16,452 bases of DNA, from the NCBI GenBank assembly GCA_964426185.1, contig CAYRPF010000057.1:1-16452 (forward strand), in the 5' to 3' direction. Position 1 is the first letter of the stretch, and each line of letters begins with the position of its first letter. The notes under the pieces were generated by a model. It ran no database searches. It worked only from the letters and a program-made list of their open reading frames with translations, and was not told the origin of the DNA. The translations under genes and the position numbers were made by a program. Positions 7,886-15,759 of this stretch are shown here, piece by piece. The DNA comes from an uncultured archaeon. GTDB taxonomy: Archaea > Asgardarchaeota > Lokiarchaeia > Sigyniarchaeales > Promethearchaeaceae.

Positions 7886-8644
7886 ATGGAAAAGCACCCA
7901 GTTCTGCTATTTGATTTTGATGGAGTAATAATGAGATCAGTTGGACCTTCTAAATTAATGGCAGAAAAATTACAAGATCCTCGATTAAAATGGAACCAAT
8001 CTATTAGAAATTCTTTAAATCCCAACGATTTAATTAGGATGTTTGAATTATCTTCCCGCCCTTCGAATTTGGAAAGTTTGCAAATAATGAACCAGAATTT
8101 TACTCCTTTATTACCTTCATTTATTCATCGTTGGCATTTCTTTTTGACAGTAGCAAAGCATATACCTGAGTATGAAAGAAAATTTAATCATATCTTTCCA
8201 GATATTTGCCCCACTCTCATGAATTTAAGAAAAATGGGTATAACATTAGGCATAATCTCAAATTCTAAACGAGAAAGAATAGAAAGATGGTTAATTCATT
8301 CGAATATTCAAGATTTCTTCTCCGTTATTGTTACTCGAGACGATCGCAAGCAATATTTAATTAAACCTGATCCCCGCCCTATTTTGGGAGCTTTAATCCA
8401 ACTAAAACGTAAATACAGATGGAAATCAGTCGATCGATCATATGTGGGTTATGTTGGGGATAATATAATTGATGTTCAAGCTGCCCATAGGGCTAAAGTC
8501 AAAGCAATTGCAATTCTAACTGGTCATGGTACTCTTCATTCGTTGGAACTTCAGAATCCATCAGTAATTTTAGAATCATTTGGGCAAATTCTAAATAATA
8601 TATCTCATATTTTTCCAGATTTCGAAATTTCATCAAGTGGATAA
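7886..8644 (+). CDS. HAD-superfamily hydrolase (phosphoglycolate phosphatase-like), paralog 2
   Basis: LLFDFDGV, ISNS, KPDP, VGDNIID, LTGHG. AGGA about 10 nt upstream of the ATG. Shares KWNQS, IRMFE and VTRD with the upstream paralog. Confidence 0.94.
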   Translation: MEKHPVLLFDFDGVIMRSVGPSKLMAEKLQDPRLKWNQSIRNSLNPNDLIRMFELSSRPSNLESLQIMNQNFTPLLPSFIHRWHFFLTVAKHIPEYERKFNHIFPDICPTLMNLRKMGITLGIISNSKRERIERWLIHSNIQDFFSVIVTRDDRKQYLIKPDPRPILGALIQLKRKYRWKSVDRSYVGYVGDNIIDVQAAHRAKVKAIAILTGHGTLHSLELQNPSVILESFGQILNNISHIFPDFEISSSG

Positions 8645-8722
8645 TAATGGAACCAATGCATTTTTGGGGACCCCCTCTTTCTCCTAACTATTCAATCAGA
8701 AATATTCAAAAATGGTGGTAGA

Positions 8723-11497
8723 ATGCTAATAGAAATTTCCCCCGAGAAAATGGATAAATCATTAACAAAAATTGTTCAAAAAATAAACCAGCTTCATGAA
8801 AAAAGTAAAATTTCAAAAATTAGAAGTCAAATCAGCAAAATATTGACCAAACTCAATCAACACCCCGAAAACGCTTATGTTTACCTTTATGTTCTTTCAA
8901 TTATAGTTGAAGAAATCCCTGAGTTGGCCGAAATTGAGATTATTGAGTATGTTCAGCCTTATATTACAGATGGTGCCTTGGACGAAAAAACAAATGCTGT
9001 TATTATAATCGGGTGGATCTTGCATCATTCACTTTCCGCCGAAAAAAACATTGACGATGAGCACATTCACAAATTTATCCAACTCTTAGGAGATGCTTTT
9101 ACAGAAGTTCGGATTAATGCCGCATTTTTCTTAAAAGATTTTATTGAAGATCAACAAGCAATATTTTTATTAAATTACCATGATTTTGTTCAATTCTTAA
9201 AAAATGAAACGAATCATGAAGTTTTAGAAGTAATTGGTATAATTTTGCAACAAATTCAACCCTTGATGAGTATTGGAATCTTAAAACAGTACTTAAGCGT
9301 TCTTGTTCAGATTTATGAAGAAAGCAATGTTCCCAAAAGGAGTGATGTTTTGCTTTTATTATTACAACAAGAAATTCCCGGATTGAAAGAAGCTGTTGAT
9401 GGCCATCGCTCAAAACGTGATTTACTTCAAATTATTCATAACCGTCCACCTTTAGTTAGGTTTATGGATCTGAATGATATTGCTGAGAATCAAAATATGA
9501 AAGTTGAGAAAGTAGAACAATACATACAAGCAGAATTAGATGAAGAAATGCATTATTCATTAGTATTCATGGAAAACCACCATAAAAAAATGCTGATTTT
9601 CGATAAGATGGAACTATTAAAATTTCTTTCTGGATCAAAAATTGCAATTGATACCGTTCGCAAGACATTGCAGCATATTGGAGTGGCCCATCAAGCAATT
9701 GGAGCTATTTTATTGCGTGATTTGCTGGACAGAGGGGAAATTGAAGGATTTTTAACTACTGAGTATTTTTACAGTCTTGATTTCATTCAGCAAGAATTAG
9801 AACAAGAACTTACAAAATCAGGGATGATTCATCTACAATCTGTTGAAAAACGCTATAATTCCGAAATAATTTCGAAATTGCTCGAAGAAATTACCTCTAA
9901 AACCCGATTTCATGGAATTTTTACCCAAGATAAATCACACTATTACACATTTAACTATTTGACCAAAGAAATCGAAAATGAGATGACCCGTAAGAATATT
10001 ATCGATTTAACCTCATATAAACAGAAATTTGGTCATGAAAATTTTCTCCGTTTGGAACAATTTTGTAAAGATCGCTTATTTAATGCTTATCATCAAGATC
10101 ACAAATGGTTGACTAATTTAGGTATGACTCGAATCCAACAATCAATTCGAACTGCAGAACAATTAGGTGAAGCTGATATCGAATATCTTGCTGCACAACT
10201 TGAAATTCCTGTGGAAATATATCGAAAGGTAATTAAACCGATTTTCAAAAGGAAAAATGGATTTTGGAATAAAGATGAAAACCACTTCTATTTTTCGAAA
10301 TTTGTTAAAAGAAGAATTAATGAGATACAATCTGAACCAAACCCTGAAATCCGGAAATCCCAAATCAAAGCATTAGCTGAAGAACTGCAAATTGATGAAG
10401 AAGATATTTCTCAAAAAGTAGATGAAAAACTTCAGAAAATTGCTGAACGTTTAATGGTAGCAGATGAAGTTGATATAAAACCTATGATGAAAGATTTGCA
10501 GATGGATTATAGGGAATTTCTTCAATTTATCGAAAGTATAGGTCGATCTGATGGATATCTAATTCTGAATAATAAAGTCATTTTTTCAGAAAAACGAATT
10601 CAAGAAGAAAAATCTAAAATTGCAGACAAAGTTTATTCTCGGGCTAAAAGAGCTGATTATTTTGATACTGATATCTTGGCAAATCAGTTGAAATATGCCC
10701 CTCAATTAATAAATGAAGCAATTGAACTTCTTCTGCAAGAAGGTAAAATTTCTGGAATATGGTTGAAAGAAAGGGAAAAATTCATTACTCTTCGTGGAAT
10801 TCAGAATCGAATGCAACAAGCAGAAGGTTATATAGATTTGAATAGTTTTATAGAAGAACGAGATCTTTTAGAAGAAGAAATAAATTTTCTCGAAGAGATA
10901 TTGCTACAAATGATCAAAGATCATGTACTTACTGGAGTCTACGATCCTAATAATAAAGTCTATCAAGACGAAGATACGGCTTCCAAAGCTAGTTTGGTAA
11001 CAGAACGAGAGAGGTTTACCAAAGAAATTATTCCGCAAATTGAAGATTTAGAACGTGCCTATACCCTACTCAGAGATATTTTCGTCAAAGAAGACATATA
11101 TCCCGGGGATATTGAAGAATATGATGAAATCTTGGAACAGACCATAAGAAAAATTTTCAATGCAGAAGCTTTAATCAAACGGATACTCAATAATGCCAAT
11201 CGGCGGTTAAATCGACAATTTTCCATTCCGAATTCGTCAAATTCCAGAAAATCTTCAAAGCGCAAAGTAAAGAAAAGACAAGGTCAAGCACCTGCAAAAT
11301 CATTTGACTTTAAAGATGATGAAGAAGTGGCTGTATTATTAAATGATTTCAAAAATTGGAAGGAATTATTGTTAGCTATTGAGCAAAAAAAAGGTGAAAT
11401 TGTCTTTTTAAAGAAAAAATTAAAGGTAAACCCTGATGATACCGATTCGTATTCAAAGCTCAAAAATTTGTTAGATTATCTCGGATTCAGTGAATAA
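8723..11497 (+). CDS. 924-aa protein: N-terminal HEAT/ARM-like repeats, tandem winged-helix repeats (UFL1/DDRGK1/PCI-like), C-terminal helical or coiled-coil region
   Basis: HEAT signature FIQLLGDAFTEVRINAAFFL. Recurrent winged-helix-like units (LLDRGEIEGFLTTEYFYS, GIFTQDKSHYYT, GFWNKDENHFYF, LLQEGKISGIWLKEREKFIT, MIKDHVLTGVYDPNNKVY). GGTGG SD-like at 8714-8718. CDS certain, domain call inferred. Confidence 0.7.
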   Translation: MLIEISPEKMDKSLTKIVQKINQLHEKSKISKIRSQISKILTKLNQHPENAYVYLYVLSIIVEEIPELAEIEIIEYVQPYITDGALDEKTNAVIIIGWILHHSLSAEKNIDDEHIHKFIQLLGDAFTEVRINAAFFLKDFIEDQQAIFLLNYHDFVQFLKNETNHEVLEVIGIILQQIQPLMSIGILKQYLSVLVQIYEESNVPKRSDVLLLLLQQEIPGLKEAVDGHRSKRDLLQIIHNRPPLVRFMDLNDIAENQNMKVEKVEQYIQAELDEEMHYSLVFMENHHKKMLIFDKMELLKFLSGSKIAIDTVRKTLQHIGVAHQAIGAILLRDLLDRGEIEGFLTTEYFYSLDFIQQELEQELTKSGMIHLQSVEKRYNSEIISKLLEEITSKTRFHGIFTQDKSHYYTFNYLTKEIENEMTRKNIIDLTSYKQKFGHENFLRLEQFCKDRLFNAYHQDHKWLTNLGMTRIQQSIRTAEQLGEADIEYLAAQLEIPVEIYRKVIKPIFKRKNGFWNKDENHFYFSKFVKRRINEIQSEPNPEIRKSQIKALAEELQIDEEDISQKVDEKLQKIAERLMVADEVDIKPMMKDLQMDYREFLQFIESIGRSDGYLILNNKVIFSEKRIQEEKSKIADKVYSRAKRADYFDTDILANQLKYAPQLINEAIELLLQEGKISGIWLKEREKFITLRGIQNRMQQAEGYIDLNSFIEERDLLEEEINFLEEILLQMIKDHVLTGVYDPNNKVYQDEDTASKASLVTERERFTKEIIPQIEDLERAYTLLRDIFVKEDIYPGDIEEYDEILEQTIRKIFNAEALIKRILNNANRRLNRQFSIPNSSNSRKSSKRKVKKRQGQAPAKSFDFKDDEEVAVLLNDFKNWKELLLAIEQKKGEIVFLKKKLKVNPDDTDSYSKLKNLLDYLGFSE

Positions 11498-11542
11498 CTG
11501 CACAAAAGTTCTATTTTCTCTTTTTTTTTACATAGTTTAAAA

Positions 11543-11550
11543 TTTATTAA
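11543..11550 (+). promoter_or_regulatory. Candidate TATA box for the 11572 gene (probably leaderless)
   Basis: TTTATTAA ends 21 nt before ATG 11572, no SD visible; preceded by a T9 run (11521-11529) likely terminating the upstream gene. Confidence 0.45.
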
Positions 11551-11571
11551 CTTCGATTCATTGGTTAAAAC

Positions 11572-13104
11572 ATGGTGGATTCGCCGGGATTAACGTTAGA
11601 AGAATTTGTGATCTATTCCAGTCCCAGATATTATCGCTTAATTTTTGAAGATATCAAACCTAAAACCAAAAACGGTGATTTAGTATCTGCTTTGAATGAA
11701 TTAAAGCGTGCTCGCATCTTAACTCCTTATTCACACTGGGATAAAGTAGTATTAACAGATCCATGTGGAATCACCTATCGAAATTTAATTGAAAAATTGC
11801 TACAATTGCAAATGCTCCAAGTCCCCCAGAATAATGGATTATTTGATTATCGGAGTGAATCAGGTAGACGCGCTATTGTGGAACTAATCCGATTTCTGGC
11901 TGCTAAATTTGATTTTACCAATTTCATGAATTATCTGCACATTCCACTTTTTGATTCGGAAAAAAATCCTGAGTGGATGAACCTATTTGGAGAAGATTCC
12001 AACTTAAATATTGATTACGAATCGCAAGATGGCCGGCAGAAATTAGTAGATTACCTTCAAAAAGTTAGTAAAAGGCATTCGCGACAAGGTTCACTAATGC
12101 ATAATACTATTTCGCATCAAAATCAACCCGTGCAGTTAAATTTGAAAATTTTAAAGAAATTTCTTCAAAATCATGGCTTAAAACGATCTGAACCTTTATT
12201 TAATCATTTTAATTCCGCTGTTCCTCCAGTTTTCCAGATTAAAGAGCGAAAATTCTTCGTAAACTTGGCTGAATTAACTAAAATTAAAGAAATTTTGGCA
12301 ACTTATATTATTAATTTTGAGAACTCAGAAAATGCCTGGTTAAACGACTACTTCAAACTTTTAAAGCTTCCCACAGGAAATTCCGGCTTGTTTGGCTTCC
12401 AAGTTGCCGATGAAATACAATACGCTTCTCAAACCGATGCTTTTTTAAATTTAGCTGTTGAAGGTCCACGCATTTTTGCAGGTCAGTTTTCCAGCATTGA
12501 AGGTCTGGGTGAATTAAGAGAAATTATGTTTCCCATTAATCCAGTAGAAACTTTGGTAATTTCTTGTAAGGATTTGGATCTTCTTTATTATTTTACCATT
12601 GAATCCGAAAAATGCATCTTTAAAATCCGAGAAAATCTTATAAGCATTAAGAATTTCCCAGAAAAATATATTACCTCCCGGAAAAGTAAAGAATTTGGAA
12701 AACTGGTATCACGTAGCCGAACATTGCAAGAAGCTCTTTTAATTCAAGAATTAGTACGGGAAACTCAAGATTTTAAGAAAAAACGGCTTCGGCAGAAGTT
12801 ACATCAAGTCAAAAATGATCTTCAAACCCAGATGGAGAATTTATCCAAAGTCAGTGCCAGTCTGATTACAATCTGTCAGATGATTTGTATGAAATTTAAT
12901 CGTGAATTTGCCTTGACTAAAACGATTTGCATTTTTGAACACGGCTTAATTAACTTGGTTGATATTGGAGGAGCAGATCAGATTTTAACTTCCGTTACTA
13001 TGGGAGAGATGGATTATGGAAGCACTTTAAAAAAAACCATGGAAAAGATCGAAAAATCACTGGAGGAAATCGTTGATTTGACTCCAAATTCAGAAAATAT
13101 TTAA
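11572..13104 (+). CDS. 510-aa protein with probable tandem Roadblock/LC7 (LAMTOR/MglB-like) domains in the C-terminal half
   Basis: Two segments (about aa 226-362 and 372-503) follow the Roadblock alpha-beta-beta-alpha-beta-beta-beta-alpha pattern, clearest in ENLSKVSASLITICQMICMKF..LTKTICIFEHGLINLVDIGGADQILTSVTMGEMDYG..MEKIEKSLEEIV. CDS certain, fold inferred. Confidence 0.55.
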   Translation: MVDSPGLTLEEFVIYSSPRYYRLIFEDIKPKTKNGDLVSALNELKRARILTPYSHWDKVVLTDPCGITYRNLIEKLLQLQMLQVPQNNGLFDYRSESGRRAIVELIRFLAAKFDFTNFMNYLHIPLFDSEKNPEWMNLFGEDSNLNIDYESQDGRQKLVDYLQKVSKRHSRQGSLMHNTISHQNQPVQLNLKILKKFLQNHGLKRSEPLFNHFNSAVPPVFQIKERKFFVNLAELTKIKEILATYIINFENSENAWLNDYFKLLKLPTGNSGLFGFQVADEIQYASQTDAFLNLAVEGPRIFAGQFSSIEGLGELREIMFPINPVETLVISCKDLDLLYYFTIESEKCIFKIRENLISIKNFPEKYITSRKSKEFGKLVSRSRTLQEALLIQELVRETQDFKKKRLRQKLHQVKNDLQTQMENLSKVSASLITICQMICMKFNREFALTKTICIFEHGLINLVDIGGADQILTSVTMGEMDYGSTLKKTMEKIEKSLEEIVDLTPNSENI

Positions 13105-13264
13105 TATTGCACTTAATTCGCCAAATAATGAAAATATGATGGTTTAATGCGAAGTGTTAAACAAACATTTTTCTATTTCCCACCAAATAAAAACTCTCTA
13201 TCTTTTTCTTTCATAAGCATTGTTCAATTTCTATTTTAAATTCTTTCTGTGAGGTATATATACA

Positions 13265-13426
13265 ATGGCAGAACAACCCCCTTCAAAGTTTCCCGCTCAA
13301 AATTCCAATTCAGAAAATCAAAAAACTAGAAAGATGAACTCTGAACAAGTAAAAGAAAAAGAAGAGTCCACTCCGGAAAAATCCAAAATTCATTATCCAA
13401 ATGGGTATATTGCCCGCATTCCATGA
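13265..13426 (+). CDS. Small protein, 53 aa, absent from the ORF track
   Basis: Manual translation: MAEQPPSKFPAQNSNSENQKTRKMNSEQVKEKEESTPEKSKIHYPNGYIARIP. GAGGT SD at 13251-13255, 9 nt before the ATG; T-rich tract right after the stop; purine-rich coding-like composition within a T-rich gap. Confidence 0.65.
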   Translation: MAEQPPSKFPAQNSNSENQKTRKMNSEQVKEKEESTPEKSKIHYPNGYIARIP

Positions 13427-13571
13427 TATTTGATTTTTTCTTCTACTTTACTTACTTTACCTATCTTAATGATTTTTATTCTTTCATAATTATTTTCTTT
13501 TCAGCAAAAGGTACCCTATTTCATTTCAATTTAACTGTTGATTTTTAACCAATTTTCTCCATAATAATATC

Positions 13572-14846
13572 ATGCATTCTTTATATCATACCAAAAAAGT
13601 CCGCTTTGCTCAATTATCAGATAAAGAACAGATTATGGATCTTACTCAGCTGAGTTATGGATTTTCTCAAGGAGAATTGAGAAAACTGGAACAAAACTAC
13701 GAGATTTCTTATCAAGATCACATGGTTATCTGTGATCAAGATAAAATTCTCGCTTCTCTCCGAAATATCCCACTTCAACAAAATCTTCGGGGAATATTTA
13801 AACCTATGTCTGGAATTGCGATGGTAGCAAGCAGTCCAGAACATCGGGGACAAGGGAATGTGCACAAGCTAATTGGTGAAACCTTTTTTTCCAATTATAA
13901 AAACGGAATTGCAGTCAGTACTCTTTATCCTTTTAAGGATACTTATTATGCAAAATTTGGATATATCAATGCCACTCCACATCGCTTCATTGAAATAAAT
14001 CCAGCATGGTTGAGTCGATGGAACGCCTTACCTAAAGATTACCGTCTTGAGCGTATAAAACTTGATCAATCTTCTGCTCAAAAAGCATTTATGGAACTCC
14101 ACCAACATACAATTAAACAATTTCATGGCGGTGTAAAGCGCCCCCCTAAAAGATGGGAAGAAATACTGCAAGGTAACCAGAATACCGCAGTACTTGTTTA
14201 TAATTCCGAGAATGAGGTTGAAGGATTCTTATCCTATTTTACTACGGGATACGGGTTTAGACTTTTTGATGAGCATACTATTGGTTCTTTCCAGCGAGTT
14301 CAATTTCTCTATAAATCGCTGGCTGCCAAGCATGCTCTTTTCTATTACATTTACCAACATCGGGATCAAGTTCACAAAGTTGTGTTACGCCTCTATCCTC
14401 ACGATGATGCATATTATTCTTGGTTACAAGGTTTTACCAAAGCCCACATTCGGCAACATCTCCAAACTATGGCTCGAATCATTAATCTTGAGACTGCTTT
14501 TGCCGATATTCCCGTTTCAATTCCCGGTAGTTTTGCTTTCACTGTTTCTGATCCACTTGCACCGTGGAATACAGGAACTTTTTCCTTCCATACTACCACT
14601 TCTTCAAATTCTTCTTCAAGTTCTTCTTCTGTTCATCTTTATTTGCAAGTGGAAAAAACAAGTTCAGAACCTGATTATACTAAGCCAACTTTCTCCATTG
14701 GGGCGCTCACTGGACTTTTATACGGCACTTCTTCAATTTCGGATTTGATTTATTTTAAATGGATTCAACGTCTCAGTTCCGAAGAAGAAAAATTGCTAGC
14801 AAATTGGTTTCCACGGCTTCCTTACTGTTTATCTGAATTTTTCTAA
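13572..14846 (+). CDS. eis: Eis-family (enhanced intracellular survival) tandem-GNAT acetyltransferase with C-terminal SCP2-like domain
   Basis: VASSPEHRGQG acetyl-CoA motif, STLYPF..YYAKFGY, MARIINLE, DPLAPWNTGTF and terminal EFF, all typical of Eis proteins. Length 424 aa fits the family. Confidence 0.92.
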   Translation: MHSLYHTKKVRFAQLSDKEQIMDLTQLSYGFSQGELRKLEQNYEISYQDHMVICDQDKILASLRNIPLQQNLRGIFKPMSGIAMVASSPEHRGQGNVHKLIGETFFSNYKNGIAVSTLYPFKDTYYAKFGYINATPHRFIEINPAWLSRWNALPKDYRLERIKLDQSSAQKAFMELHQHTIKQFHGGVKRPPKRWEEILQGNQNTAVLVYNSENEVEGFLSYFTTGYGFRLFDEHTIGSFQRVQFLYKSLAAKHALFYYIYQHRDQVHKVVLRLYPHDDAYYSWLQGFTKAHIRQHLQTMARIINLETAFADIPVSIPGSFAFTVSDPLAPWNTGTFSFHTTTSSNSSSSSSSVHLYLQVEKTSSEPDYTKPTFSIGALTGLLYGTSSISDLIYFKWIQRLSSEEEKLLANWFPRLPYCLSEFF

Positions 14847-14896
14847 TTTTTTGCAATCTTTTTCTTGAAATTTTTTCTTACAACATTGTAATTATA

Positions 14897-14904
14897 TTTA
14901 TAAA
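14897..14904 (+). promoter_or_regulatory. Candidate TATA box for the 14932 gene
   Basis: TTTATAAA ending 27 nt before ATG 14932; no SD visible. Confidence 0.5.
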
Positions 14905-14931
14905 TCCCGATCTCTTTGAAATTATATAGTT

Positions 14932-15594
14932 ATGAAAGATCTGTGGATAAAATGCCCATGTGGGGAAAAATTTAGATATTCTTTGGATTCTGACGATCCC
15001 CGGTTTAAATTGGGCCTAAAAATGCATGAACCAATATTAATTTCTCACAAAGATCATTTCATAACAATAACATTTAATGACAATTTAGACCCCATCAAGG
15101 TGGAACGAGTAATTTCCATAGAACCGAACTTGACTCCTTCTTTTATTCGATCCACACCCGCGCCAAATGTAGAGGAAACTGTAAAACGTGTTATTCGGTT
15201 GGTAAATCCCCGATTTCACTTTCTCCAATTTCTTTCTAAAATTTTACGAGAAATTCCGAATGAAGAAGATTATTTTCTTGCTGGACGCTTGACTGGGAAA
15301 TATCTCTGGAAAAAACGACGAGAACCCATATTGAAAATGGGTGCTACTTTCTCACCTAACCCTGAATTAATCGTAAAAACCGAAATTATCCCTATTTTTA
15401 ATAAAACCGCAAAAATAAACGTACTTCAAGAAGATAAATTTTCATTCGTATTACAAAACACCCTTTCACCACAATTTATGTTGGGTGTGGCGCAAGGAAT
15501 TATTGAGGCAATTCATTCTTTTTCACAAAATCAAGTTCTGATGAAATATGAGTATCTTATTTCAGGATCAAGTGTATTTTTCCGCATAATTTAG
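14932..15594 (+). CDS. 220-aa protein: N-terminal CxC..HxxH putative metal-binding domain fused to a V4R/TRAPP-Bet3-like domain
   Basis: C8-P-C10 and H39-K-D-H42. C-terminal YFLAGRLTGKYLW, FSFVLQN, FMLGVAQGIIEAI and terminal VFFRI match the GxxxG helix, strand, GxxxG helix, strand layout of V4R/Bet3 folds. Fold inferred. Confidence 0.55.
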   Translation: MKDLWIKCPCGEKFRYSLDSDDPRFKLGLKMHEPILISHKDHFITITFNDNLDPIKVERVISIEPNLTPSFIRSTPAPNVEETVKRVIRLVNPRFHFLQFLSKILREIPNEEDYFLAGRLTGKYLWKKRREPILKMGATFSPNPELIVKTEIIPIFNKTAKINVLQEDKFSFVLQNTLSPQFMLGVAQGIIEAIHSFSQNQVLMKYEYLISGSSVFFRII

Positions 15595-15759
15595 TAAGAA
15601 TCTTCTATTTGCATAAAAGTGTGTGCTTTTAGTAAAAGGGGTTACGATAAGGGAAAAAGAATGAACGAAAGAAAATCTTTAAAATATTTGCCAAATTAAT
15701 TATATACAATCGATAAATGCGCACAACAGGGATTTCAATTTATTCCAGATAAAATTGCC

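Noticed and set aside
13087-13318. 12-bp repeat AATTCAGAAAAT at 13087-13098 and 13307-13318
   Set aside because: Short and AT-rich with only two copies; compatible with chance, not CRISPR-like and not a convincing target-site duplication.
13105-13571. Possible tRNA, ncRNA or CRISPR array in the longest gaps
   Set aside because: No cloverleaf, GC-rich stems or regularly spaced repeats; the gap is explained by the small ORF and T-rich signals.
3119-14631. 15-bp direct repeat CAAGTTCTTCTTCTG at 3119-3133 and 14617-14631
   Set aside because: Both copies are poly-Ser codon runs inside genes; not element boundaries.
14194-14748. 184-aa hydrophobic ORF overlapping eis in another frame
   Set aside because: Fully nested in a well-supported gene, no motif or SD; hydrophobicity follows from T-rich codons.
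13572-14846. Antibiotic-resistance interpretation of eis and of the pentapeptide gene (qnr-like)
   Set aside because: Both families are widespread with other roles, and nothing in the sequence or context indicates resistance function or mobility.
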